A stretch of 52,909 nt of DNA from Geosiphon pyriformis uo1 (lineage: Eukaryota; Fungi; Glomeromycota), in the NCBI GenBank assembly GCA_016748015.1, contig JAAOMT010000492.1:4747-57655 (forward strand), read 5' to 3'. Positions 14,543-26,343 of the stretch are shown one piece after another; position 1 is the stretch's first letter; every line of letters starts with the position of its first letter. Position numbers and translations under genes: made by a program. A model generated the notes under the pieces. That model was not told the DNA's origin and did not search any database. It saw only the letters and a program-made list of their open reading frames with translations.

Positions 14543-14742
14543 ATGGAATACAAAGAAATTAAAAGATATTGTCCATATGTTCATGATTGCAACGAATGTA
14601 AACGGTGTCAAAGGAGTATTAAAGATAATAAAGATTATATTTCGTGTACGGCATGCTGGTTCATATTTTTTTGAAAAACATTATAAATACTTCTTAAGCG
14701 GTAATGACGAGGTTGATGAAATAATTAAAATTCCAATCTATA
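14543..14742 (+). pseudogene. 5' fragment of a kinase paralog, closest to the 26343 gene
   Basis: MEYKEIKRYCPYVHDCNECKRCQRSIKDNKDYISCTACWFIFF, then an extra T creates a frameshift and stop. Truncated at ~14742. Confidence 0.85.
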
Positions 14743-14866
14743 ATAATAGAAAAAGTATCTCAGATTGAAGTTTACACATATGGTGAACCTTGATTCGGAA
14801 ACTATCAACTCGCACATTAGCTAAATTCCTTTAAGAATCTAAAAATATATAGAGTGACATATTATA

Positions 14867-15085
14867 ATGATTTCATGCCCGGGCCCCAAAACCCCGAGCG
14901 GGATAAAGTTGGAAAGCCAAGTAAGTTGTTATGTTTTTAATCCGAAAAATTCTTTAAAAGTTATTAACCATTTTTTATATATTTAGGAATGCAATGGTAG
15001 AACCGAGGCTGCATCGAATGAAGAAGCTTTCCCATCACATCTTGGTCCTTATTTAGGACAAATAATGTCACAATGTCCTCCTATG
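14867..15085 (+). CDS. Possible small spliced gene or fragment of unknown function (exons 14867-14920 and 14987-15085)
   Basis: Locally higher GC; a 66-bp GTAAGT...TTTAG intron keeps the frame: MISCPGPKTPSGIKLESQ|ECNGRTEAASNEEAFPSHLGPYLGQIMSQCPPM. Confidence 0.35.
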
Positions 15086-16068
15086 GTAACAATCAATCAT
15101 TCTTAAATGGCCATTTTTTTTACTATTAAAAATAAGGATACTAAAATTAAATTTTTCAAGAAAATATTTATTTAGATATATTGTCTATTGCCTTTTTTTA
15201 ATAAATTTTTTTATGAATATTCTAATTATTTAACTAAATTTAAGGCTTCGCTATTTTTAAATGAAAAGGTTCAAAAAATTGAAGTAATTAAAATTTTATT
15301 TTGGCCTTGCCTTCATTGAATAAGTATTTCAGCGTGGATTTAATTTGAAGTAAAATTTCCAAATCCCAATAAAATTTGTTTTTCAATTTAAAAGTCTGGT
15401 TTTAATTTAAAATAAACATTCAAATTTTTCTCATTTAAAACTTATGGACATAAAAATAATTTCGAATTAATACTAACCATAAAATTTTTTATTCGTGCTG
15501 ATCAAATTAATATATTTCGATAGCAAGGGCAGAGGATTTAAGCTAATATTAACAATTCTTAAAGTTATTGCCGAACTATTATCATTTAAAAATACTTATA
15601 TTAATTACAATAGTTTATTATACATTAGGTTTTTTAAATATTTTATATCGATCATTTCAATTTCTGAATTAGATTTCAATGGGCTTAAACAATAAACAGT
15701 AAATAACAAGAGTTTATCAGAATTGGCAACGGGTGAACAATTTTGCCATTGTAAAAACCCTTCCCTGATAACTTTGTTATATACTGATAAAGTTTTATTC
15801 CTATATAGACTAGATGGATATAGAAAAGATAATTGACAAATGTGGCTACCTCCTCCCGCTCTTCACTCTTGTAAGAAATCTTAAACTACAACTACCCCCT
15901 CCCGCTTTTCACTCTTGTAAGAAATCTTAAACTACCCCCCTCCCACTTTTTATTCTTGCCAGGCATAAATAACAGACTAACAATTATCAATTCCTCACCA
16001 CCTAACCCTAAAATTTAATTCAGTTATTTGATGATCGATTGTTCATGAGTTTCTATTCCGTATTCATT

Positions 16069-16400
16069 GGTTATTCGAATGTTGAATTGCGAATTGCTGG
16101 TGAGTGTGGTTATTCGAATGTTGAGTTGCAAATTACTGTTGGGTGATGGTTATAATTGAATGTTGAATTCACGCATTTTTGGTGGCCGGTGGTTATTCGA
16201 ATGTTGAGTTGCGAATTATTGGTGGGTGGTGGTTATATTCGAATGTTGAAGCGCGAATTATTGGTGGGTGATGGTTATTCGAATGTAGAAGCGCGAATTA
16301 TTGGTGGGTGGTGGTTATATTCGAATATTGAAGCACGAATTATTGGTGGGTGATGGTTATTCGAATGTTGAATTCGCGAATTATTGGTGAGCAGTGGTTA
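16069..16400 (+). repeat. Minisatellite, ~8 units of 39-43 bp (GGTTATTCGAATGTTGAA..CGAATTATTGGTGGGTGRT)
   Basis: Units start at 16069, 16108, 16148, 16191, 16231, 16273, 16313 and 16355. About 11 decayed units at 44841-45290. Confidence 0.92.
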
Positions 16401-16415
16401 TCCGTCAATTGTTGG

Positions 16416-16996
16416 TGTCAAACTAGAGTCAATCTCAATAGGGTCTTCTTTTCCCGCCGATTTTGCCAAGCCCGTTCCGTTCACTAGATAGTAGATAGGA
16501 ACAGTTTAACCCATGATGCACATCAATAACCATAAGTGGAAACAGACATTTAGCTGGAATGCGGCAAGCACAGAGGTTAAATAACAATTCATGTCATTGA
16601 CCGTAAGTGGAAGCAGATATTCGGCAGAATGGGTACATGCACAGAGGTATAACAATTCATGTCATTGACCGTAAGTGGAAGCAGACATTCGGCAGAATAG
16701 GTACATGCACAGAGGTATAACAATTCATGTTATAGACCGTAAGTGAAAACAGACATTCGGCAGAATGGGTGCACGCACAGTGGTTAGAGAACACCACATT
16801 TGGCGATATAAAGGAGTTGGAAACCCCGTGCTTGGTTGAGTTTCTTCGGTTAAGGTTGGGGTTCTTTCCGGTAAAGGATGCCCCCCTCCCTCACCCAACA
16901 CTTAGAGCTAGAAGAGATACGTCAACACCCTTACCTGGATTGTTCTATCAACTAGAGGTTTTAACCTTGGAGACTTGCTGCGATTATCAGTACGAC
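16416..16996 (-). pseudogene. Patchy fragments of eukaryotic LSU (28S) rRNA
   Basis: Matches the reverse complement of conserved LSU motifs, recalled from known sequences: AACTAGAGTCAA..GGGTCTTCTTT..GCCAAGCCCGTTCC..TAGATAGTAGATAGG (16416-16504), CCCGTGCTTGGTTGAGTTTCTTC (16825-16847), ACCCAACACTTAGAGC (16893-16908), TTCTATCAACTAGAGG..CCTTGGAGAC..ATCAGTACGAC (16928-16996). Confidence 0.85.
16530..16785 (+). repeat. 68-bp tandem repeat, ~3.7 units
   Basis: ACAATTCATGT occurs at 16584, 16652 and 16720. Only ~1.7 units in copy 2. Confidence 0.92.
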
Positions 16997-19900
16997 TGGA
17001 GACGAGAATGAATCTCTCTTATATTTTTTTAGTGTTCTTTAGATTCGTGAGTCGTGAGTGGTGAGTCGTTAGTCGTACTGGTTATAGCTGTTGTGTTCGT
17101 GAGTTAGTGGACGTCGGTAATTTGTCGCCGATAAAGATAAGAGTAATCCCATATAGGATAAAATTTTGCTTAAAGCAGAGAACACCTCATTATATATGTT
17201 ACTGCCTCTAAGTTGTTGATTTTGAGATCAAAAATTACGCGTTTGTTTTTCACGCGAAAACAAGAATCCAAGAATACAAGGGTGGGGTTAACTAGACATT
17301 TTTAGTAAAATTGATTTGAAGATAACCTCCTGAGTTTTTAATATGTGGTCATTAAAAACAAAGCGTCACTTTTTGAAACCTTGGTACTTTCTGGAAATTT
17401 TTTATATTATTACGCGGATCCTCATGACTCATTTTTTTTTGTCTCGGCTATCCTAAAATGGCTAAATACAATCAGTATGGGAAATCACTTTAAAACCGTG
17501 GAACCCATATCTCTTATTCAAAAATTAATCACTAGACTGACTAATGTAAATGGCCACAGCATAAAGAACATGGTGTTTATATTTCATAGCCGAGTCCAAA
17601 TAGATGTTTCCCCTTCCTTTTTTGATTGTCCATCGAAACAGACCCCCTTTTTTTAAAGCATAAATTTCATATTCTTTTTCTAACTCCCTTCATACTAAAT
17701 TCTTTAATTAGCTTATCTATCAAACATCTAGACTATCAATTTTTTGAGTTAATTGCGTCATTTATTTACTTAATAAAATTGGAAAAAGCTCTTATTTGAA
17801 TAATAATAAAAAATTTAATTATTATCATTCCACAGAGGACGGCTAAAATTATGCGACCACGTTATTCTTGTTTATAATTGATGGCTCTATGCTATCATAT
17901 CTGTGTACTTTGTATAGAAATCTATTTCTGAACATAAAATGGATTGTAATCTTATATTCCAATGTAAATCTGCAATGACTAACACACATCATAAGAAACA
18001 AGTCAAATTATAAAACTTAAAATATCAAAAAGATTCTTTTTCCTGAAAAAATATTTTCACACAATTCTGACAAGGACTTAATGGAAAATATTTTACACAA
18101 GAAAATATCGTTTCATATGATTCCAAAGTTGACAGAGCTGGAATTGTGATAATACCATGGCTCGATTGAAAATCTTTGAAAGTTATGATTGTTGTCGTAC
18201 TTCACACTACTATTTAATCATCCAGAACTTAATAATGAAAATTTGATCGGAATTATGTAATTGCTGCAAATAGAAGCACGATCAAATAGTGTTTTTTGTA
18301 TAAAATCAATAAATACCTTGATTAATTTATGCACAAATAAAAAACGTGATTTAAAATATATCTGTATATTTTCTATAAATACTTTTTAAAAATTGTATAT
18401 CAAAGACCAAATTTTCAAATAATATTGATTTTGATTTATTAGTTAATCAATAAATGAATCTTTGATTTAATTTAAATTGGAACTAGTAAGTAAAAACATA
18501 TATGAAGGATTAAAAACAATAAAATAAGTGAGATAATAAAAAAAAAGAGCTTTGAATTTAATATTGTAAATTATTCAATAAAAGAAATCAATTCAATCAA
18601 CAAAGATTTAAAATTACAAATAGTTTTTATTAATTTTAAGCTGATTATATTTAATATATTTTTCTAAAAAAGTTTAAACAATTCAATAAACAAGTCAACA
18701 ATTTATTTTTAAAATAAAATATTACTCTGTATAATTAACATATAGTAGCTGAATAGAAAAATAACTATAACACTATTATTGTTAGCAAATCTAAGGAGTT
18801 TGGTAAAAAAATTTGATTTTCAATAAAACTTAAAGTGTAAAATATTCTAAAAATTTTTATGCTGCAAGATCATTTTTAACAAAAAATAATTGACAACTTT
18901 CACATTCAAAGAATTATTTTTTTTCCATATAACTTTCCAGTGATAATATGCTCTTGATCGAAAGTAAAGTATTGCATTGTTTATTTTTAAAAGAATAATA
19001 AACAGGATTCTAAATCAAAAAACTTCATTAATTTCGACAGAGATTTTTTTATAAAACAAAATCTTAAAGAAATAGATTGAGATAGGCATTTTATAAGGGC
19101 CTTGCTCGGGTTTTTTTATTTCTTAAATATTTCTTGCACTTTAGCGGGGAATTTAATTATAATTTTTTTTCCAAAAGGAAACTACTTTTTCACATACAAT
19201 CTAAAACTTAAAACCTTACATCTTACATCTCTTATACAATCCCTCTTTGAGGCAATAAATTTTAGAGAAGATAGAAATCAAGTTTCTGCAATTACTTTTT
19301 TTTTAATTTCCATATTGTCAAAATTAACTTGATAAGTTATTTAGACAAGGTTTAATCTTTATTTGATGTTTTCATAATGGATCAATCCTAGATGACATTT
19401 TTATTTTTACATTAATTAGTTAATTATTGATTATTTAACTATTTATATATTTTATCTTATTAAAATCCAATTTGTAATAATTTAAAAGTATAACTAAAAA
19501 TTATAGTTAATTAATATAATATTCTAAATTATGTAATAATAAAAAATTTGCAAAAATGTTAATAGTAACCTCCCAATATTTAAAATTTATTTTGAAAATT
19601 TTACTTTTTCAAAAAAGTATATAAAAGAATACCATTTTATAACAGACAAATTAAAAAATAAAAAATATTATATAAGAAATTTTTTAATTTTTTTATCAGC
19701 TACTTCATAGAATTGGTTTAAAAATTGAATTTAAAAAAGATTGAGAATATTTTTTTTTATAAATTGAAATTTATTTTAACTGTTAAAGAAAATGATAGTT
19801 TTTTTTTAAATGAAAGTTAGAGAAAATAATAATGATAATAATAAAATAAGATTAACATTTTTTTTATTACATATATAATTATGTTAAAACTACTATCTTT

Positions 19901-20511
19901 GACTTAAAAGATGAAGATTTTACCAAAGCTACTGATAAATATAAAAACAATATTTCAAAGAATAAAATAAATTATGATGATAAATCTATTTGATAATAAA
20001 TAATAAGTATAATTTTTTTAGGTTTTTATTGTCATAATTCATGTTAATAAAGTTAAAAAATAAAAAATAAACCAATATTGTAATAATTAAATTTATTTTT
20101 CTTCTAAAGATTTCTGTTTTTTATTGGATAATAGCATATCTTTATTCTGTTTTCTTTTCTTAATGCTTATTATTATTATTTTTGGTAAATTTCATAAGTA
20201 ATCTTTTCTTTTCTTAAATAAGTTTCAAGTGTCTCAGTATTATTTATTTTGAAAATATAATGAGCAATTTTCTCATCTTGTTCTTCAAATACTTCTAATG
20301 GTGTTGTAATTTTTGGGATCTATAGTAGATTTGATATAAATGAGTTTCATATTAACTATTTTTTTATAGAGGTGATTCTATATATCACTTAAGATAAAAG
20401 ATGGCATATTATAAAACTGATAATTATAAATATTACAAATGACTAAATTTGATCCCTGAATCTTTGGTGACACCAATGTTCATTTTGCCTAGTTTTGTTG
20501 CAGTATGCCCC

Positions 20512-21470
20512 AATTTAACCTTAAAAAATGGCATTAATAAACAGGTTAAGTAGCTATAAGGCACAAATTACGCCAAACAAAGTCTCATTTGTAGAACGAC
20601 AGCAATAAGAATAATGATAAAAACGATTTAGCAAAATAGTTTCTCAGTTTCTCTCTAAACTAAATTCGGTCTAATACATGAAAGTTTTTAGATATTAAGG
20701 GAATTTCTTCTCTTACTTCATCTATAGGAAAATTTTTATAAAACAAACTAATTAGCAAGCCTAAATAGGTTGGGCGCAAAAATACCTCTTTTCACGAAAA
20801 AAAATCCGTGCAGCCAATCCCGAAAGATCGCTCTGTAAAATTCAAGATTAGGTTATATTATTTCACGCAAACAATGAATGTCGAAATATATGTTGAAATG
20901 CTCAACGAACATCTTTACGAGATTTAAGAATTAATGGGAAAAGGTAGCAGTAGTTATTATTATTTGTTGCTGTTTTTTCTTACTGGTAACAACAGACAAA
21001 GAGTCTCAAATGAAACAGTTGATAGAAACAGAGACTATATAAAAACATATTAAATAATGTCCCAACAATAAAAACAGTAGAAATTCATCCAGGAGCAGTT
21101 TATAAAGAATTGTGTTTTAACAATGCTTATTTTAATTGACTCATTAATTTAATTATTATACAGTTTATATTAATTTACTTTTTTTCATAATGGAATTTAG
21201 TCTATTTGCCAAAGGTATGAAATTATAATAAATAAAATTTAAAATGTACTTTATGCTTGTGTTATTTTTTTCTTTTAATGTTTATTATATTTAGAGAATT
21301 CTTAATAGATTTAATTGTGAATGGTCATTTTAATTTTTTTGTTTCGTTATCCAACATCCCTTATTCCATTTGTATTGCCGAAATAATTGGGATGCTAATC
21401 CTGAGAGTCGTCCTGCTGCCAAAGAAGTTGACAAGAAGTTGAAGGAGCTTTACTCTATATATATGGTAAG
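20512..21470 (+). repeat. Local segmental duplication, copy 2
   Basis: See 2496-3645. Confidence 0.9.
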
Positions 21471-21580
21471 AATCACTCGACAACAAAAACTTCAACGACA
21501 ACGAGCATTAATCCAGGAGCAGTTATACAAGTAGTGTTTTAAATTTGCAAATGTTTGAAGCAACAAAAAGTTAGTTTATC
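20990..21580 (+). pseudogene. Shuffled kinase C-terminal fragments, sister of 3170-3645
   Basis: Contains IHPGAVYK, the microexon at ~21193, C-lobe remnants and a second PGAV..VLNLQMFE tail. Confidence 0.7.
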
Positions 21581-21749
21581 TAAATTATAAGTGATAAACT
21601 TTATAATTAAATAATCTATTGTTTAATTTAATAAGCGAAACTTTTTTTTATTTTAATTTTCAAATATCATTTTTAAAACAGAAATTATTCACTTACAAAA
21701 GACGACTATTAATACACCCAATCACTTAATCGTGATCGATAATCTTCTT

Positions 21750-22483
21750 AGCAAAAAGTATATCGCTAATGGCCTTTGTTCAATTCATTATTCTGGTATA
21801 GTTCATCGTGACCTACACTCGGGCGACATCCTACAATTAGAAAAATATAGAGTAAATATTTGCGACCTTGGATTATGTCAACCCACAAACCATGAAGCAA
21901 CAACGACAGGTAAAGACGCGAAGAAAAAAAAGATATATTGAGTGATTCCATGCATTCCACCAGAAGTTTTAAGAGGAGAAAAGTTTAGAATGGCTGGTGA
22001 TATTTATAGTTTTGCATTGTTATTATGGGAATTAGCAACAAGAAAGCCTCCTTTTCATGATCGTTCTCATGACCACTTTCTCGTGATGGATATCCTTTAT
22101 AATGACATTAGACCTAAGATTACTCTCACTTATTCCACCTTCTATTGCCGAAATAATTGTAAAGTGTTGGGATGTTAATAATGAGAATCGTCCTACTGCG
22201 AATGAACTTAGGTTGAAGTTCGAGGGCTCGTCCACGGATTCCGAGTATATAGGATTAGAGAAATACGTAGAAGGAATATTAAAGAACGGCTCAACAATAA
22301 CAACAACAACGCCAACGCGTATTCATCCAGGAGCGGTTTATACAAGTCGTGTTTTAAGTTTGCAAATAATTGAAGAAACAAGAGGTTAGTTTATCTATTT
22401 TTATATAAATATTTTAATTATTATACATATTAAAAATTTATATTAGTTTACTTCATAAAAGGATTAGTGTATTTCTCTGAAGG
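21750..22483 (+). pseudogene. TKL kinase C-terminal half, frameshifted and 5'-truncated
   Basis: HRDLHSGD, CDLGL, PPEVLRGE, CWDVNNENRPTA and IHPGAVYTSRV are split over three consecutive ORFs. Microexon-like segment at ~22461-22482. Confidence 0.88.
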
Positions 22484-24906
22484 TAAGAATATATATGCTA
22501 AATTAAATTTATAAGCGATATACTGAATTCTAGATAGGCTTTATTAGATAATAAAATTTAATTTACAGTATATTAATTATAAAGGTTATTAGATGTTAAA
22601 ATAGATAATTTTAAAAAGGATATGCTCTCTTCTACCTAATCTCAATCATGTTATTGAGTGTTGCCCGAGTGTAGGTCACAATTATCAGTTTTTCTTTTAT
22701 ATTCCCTTTCTCTTTGAACAATTATTGCTTAACTATGAATAATCTAAGTAGCTTTCGTACACAAAGATATCAAGTTAGTTCCCCATTGTCTTTTTGCCTA
22801 AATGAGTAGTTCTAACAGATCTGTGAATAAGAGCTTAATCACTGCTACTTAAAAGTATTAAACTGATTGAAAAACATAAAACTGAAACAATATCATAAAT
22901 TTACTTAGAAAAATGAAATTAATATAGGGATCAGATATTTAAAATTTAAACGTGATTCGATGCATTTTATTATTTTTATAATTTGGAAATTGAAAAACTC
23001 TAAATGCATTTTTCCTTTCAAACAAACTTTAATAAAAACACCAAGTTTTTTTTAAAAATTTTCAGATATTTTCATTTGGAATTTCTAAATATTTAAATTT
23101 TTATTTATAATTTTTTCTTTATAGTTTTAATTTTTTCAAAATTAAAATAAAAAAGTTTTATTAACGCTCAAAAATAACTTTAGATTTTCAAAAAAAATTT
23201 TTGATGATTAATTCAAACATATTTTTCGTTAAACATAAATTTAAGAGAAATATTAAATCAACTTAAATACACAATACTATATTTCTTTATTAACTATATA
23301 TTATGTGATTATTCAAATTATATATATTTTAATTAAACTATATGTGATTTACTTACAAAAATTCATGTTTTAATAGATTAAAAAAATATATTTTGCTTGG
23401 TAAAACAAATTTTTTATTATTGAATCATATTTTTATTAATTATTTAGAGTTAACTTGATTCTGATTTTTTTGAAATCATCAAAAATTTGGTTTAATTTTA
23501 CTTCTTTTATATAATTAATTTGTTGCATACTTTTATATTTCTTATCTTAAATTTTTATTTGATTTTTGAAGAATATTTCAAAGATCTCTATATAAATAAT
23601 TTATATTTTAAGTGTTATTGTGATTATAATAGGTCAAATATTATTACTACTTCTATGATCATTTTTATTCTTGATAGATTTTAGGAAAATAAAATGCGAG
23701 CTAAATTATTTATTTAGTTCATCTTTTTAGCATAAATTGAATCTAAAAAAAATTATTTTCTAAAAATTGTGGAATATATATATTTTATTATTGGCTATTC
23801 TTTCAATGCATACTTTCTCTAAGTGCATAAATATATTTGGCTCCAAGGGTGTGCACATATAGGAATATTATTGTAATTTAATAAAAATTAATTTTATATA
23901 TATTTAGTTTTGGTATTAACAAATAAATAATGAAGATTTAATGAATTAATTAAAAAATGTATCATATTTATAGAATGGTTTGTTAAAATTATACTTGCCC
24001 ATGAACATTTAGTATATTTTATTTTAATTGTTAATAGTTTGCATTATTTTATGTACTAACGAAAATATTATTTTTTAATTTATTAAACACTGAAATTGTG
24101 AGTAAATCAAATAAAGTTTAATTAAAATATATAGAATAAAAATTAACTCAAAAATATATAATTTGAATGCTGTCACACAGTGAGGAGGTATATTATCGTG
24201 TATTTGAGTTGGTGTTAATATTTCTCGATTGATGGTGAACATTTACTGTTAAATTTTGGTCTAACAGAAAATCTTTTTGAAATTAACATATTAACATGGT
24301 CAACGAGGACGAGTAGTAGTTATGATATCACTTTACTATTAAGTTATTAATTCATTTTAGCCTGTTAACTTTAAAGTTTGAAAGAAAAAATAAAGTTAAA
24401 AATTTTTAAAATTTGATACCTCTCACTTTTAGTGAGTAGCTAAGGATAATAAAGATTCCTCGAAATGTTGATATTATAAGCAAAAGAGGTTTTGAAATTA
24501 AATCATAACTATTTATCGGCGTCTTTGTGTACTAAAAATCTACTTAAAATTAATTATATTTAAACTTAATCAATAAGAGTTCAAGGGAAACTGATCACTG
24601 TGAGCTATATCTTACAACATGATCGAGATTAGATAGGAGTTTGCAAGATTGGATTCAAACAAAAGAAATATTATTTTTTATCACTTATGAAACTAAAAAT
24701 ATTAATTTCATTATAGAGTTTAAAAATTGTGATGTCCGATCATTAAGAGTCGTCTAAATATGATAGATAGTAAAATAAGCTTTTAAATCAATTGCACACA
24801 CTGTAATTATATTTTTAATTTTGTTCAACTTCTTACCTTTTGGCAAATAAATTAATTCTTTTAAAAAGTAAAATAAATTTTGTGTTAATTAATTTAAATT
24901 AATGAA

Positions 24907-26343
24907 TTAATCAATATAAAAATAGATAAACTGACCTTTTGTCTCTTCAAACATTTGCAAACTTAAAACACGACTTGTATAAATTGCTTGTGGATGAGTT
25001 TTTATCTTTGTTGTCGTTGTCATTATCGCTGTTTTTGAATGATTTGTTGTCGAGTCGTTTTTCAACATTTTTTTAACGTATTTCTCTGATTCTAAAAACT
25101 CTGAATTATAAGAAAAACGTAGTTCCCCCAACTCATTTTTAAGTTCTTTCGCAGTAGGACGATTCTTGGGATTAGGATCCCAACACTTTACGATCATTTC
25201 AGCAATTGAAGGTGGAATAAGTGGGTAAGTAATCTTAGGTCTTTGACCATTTAAAATATCCATTATAAGAATATGATCATGAGAACGATCATGAAAAGGA
25301 GGCTTTCCTGTTGCTAATTCCCATAATAACATGGCAAAACTAAAAATATCACCAGCCATTCTAAACTTTTCTCCTCTAAATACTTCTGGTGGAATGTATG
25401 GAATGACTCCATATATCTTTTTTTCCTTTGTTGTTGTTGCTTCATGGTTTACTGGTTGACATAATCCGAGGTCTCCAATATTTATAAATTGATTATCAAA
25501 TTGTAGGATGTTACCCGAGTGTAGGTCACGATGAACCATACCAGAGGAATGAATTTGTGAAAGTCCAGAAGCTATATTCCACGCGATCAATAATTTATCA
25601 GACCAACTCATAGAATGAAAATTTATTGATAAATATTTTCTCATGTCTCCATGTTCGGCAAACTGCATCACAATTCCATACTCGAGTGTTTCAGCGTTTT
25701 GCGTAATCCCCAATATTGAAGAGATCTGTTGTAAGCACCCACCGTTATTCATAAACATAGCTCTTTGAATATTTAACTGTAAAAAAGTAAATAAATAATA
25801 TCATAAATAAACGATAAGATATAATAAATAATATACTGTAAATAAATAATAGATAAATATTAATTAATAATATATATATATAAATATAAATAATAATACT
25901 TTGTTTACCTCTTTAAACACTTCTGAACTGTTGGTTTTTATAACTTTTATTGCTACTTCAGTGCCTATTCTTTCTCTTTCAAATTCCAATGAACCATGAT
26001 GTTTTATACTATATTTATTAATTAATCCATCAATTAGGGTTGCTTTATAAATTATACCGAACCCTCCTTTAGCAATTTCATTGATATTCGACAAACGCTC
26101 CCATGGAATCCATTCACAGTAATATAATTGAATATAAGGTGGAGTATAGATTGAATTTTTAATTATTTCATTAACTTCTTTATTCCCGCTTGAAAAGTCT
26201 TTATAATGTTTTTCAAAAAATATGAACCAGCATGCCGCACACGAATTATAATCTTTATTATCTTTAATACTCCTTTGACACCGTTTACATTCGTTGCAAT
26301 CATGAACATATGGACGATATCTATTAATTTCTTTGTATTCCAT
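24907..26343 (-). CDS. TKL-family protein kinase, apparently intact. Exon 1 26343-25909, intron 25908-25777, exon 2 from 25776; probable further donor at 24935 and 21-nt microexon near 24837-24857
   Basis: Same phase-0 intron as the 917-2348 gene. Motifs EIAKGGFG, VAIK, HRDLHSGN, GDLGL, YGVIPYIPPE, GKPPF, CWDPNPKNRP. Confidence 0.92.

Larger units (their letters stand above)
15480..17550 (+). repeat. Dispersed ~2 kb repeat, copy 1 (CpG-rich); core may be a non-autonomous Helitron-like element
   Basis: Collinear with 44170-46400. Contains ~45-bp, ~41-bp and 68-bp tandem arrays and 28S rRNA-derived patches. Confidence 0.85.

Noticed and set aside
16069-16785. CRISPR-like array
   Set aside because: The units are contiguous tandem repeats with no unique spacers, and there are no cas genes.
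16416-16996. Functional LSU rRNA gene
   Set aside because: Only short, mutated patches interrupted by unrelated DNA; no SSU, 5.8S or rest of the LSU was seen.
16156-17011. ORFs 16156..16353 and 16769..17011 (and 45095..45283)
   Set aside because: Chance frames through minisatellites and antisense rRNA patches.
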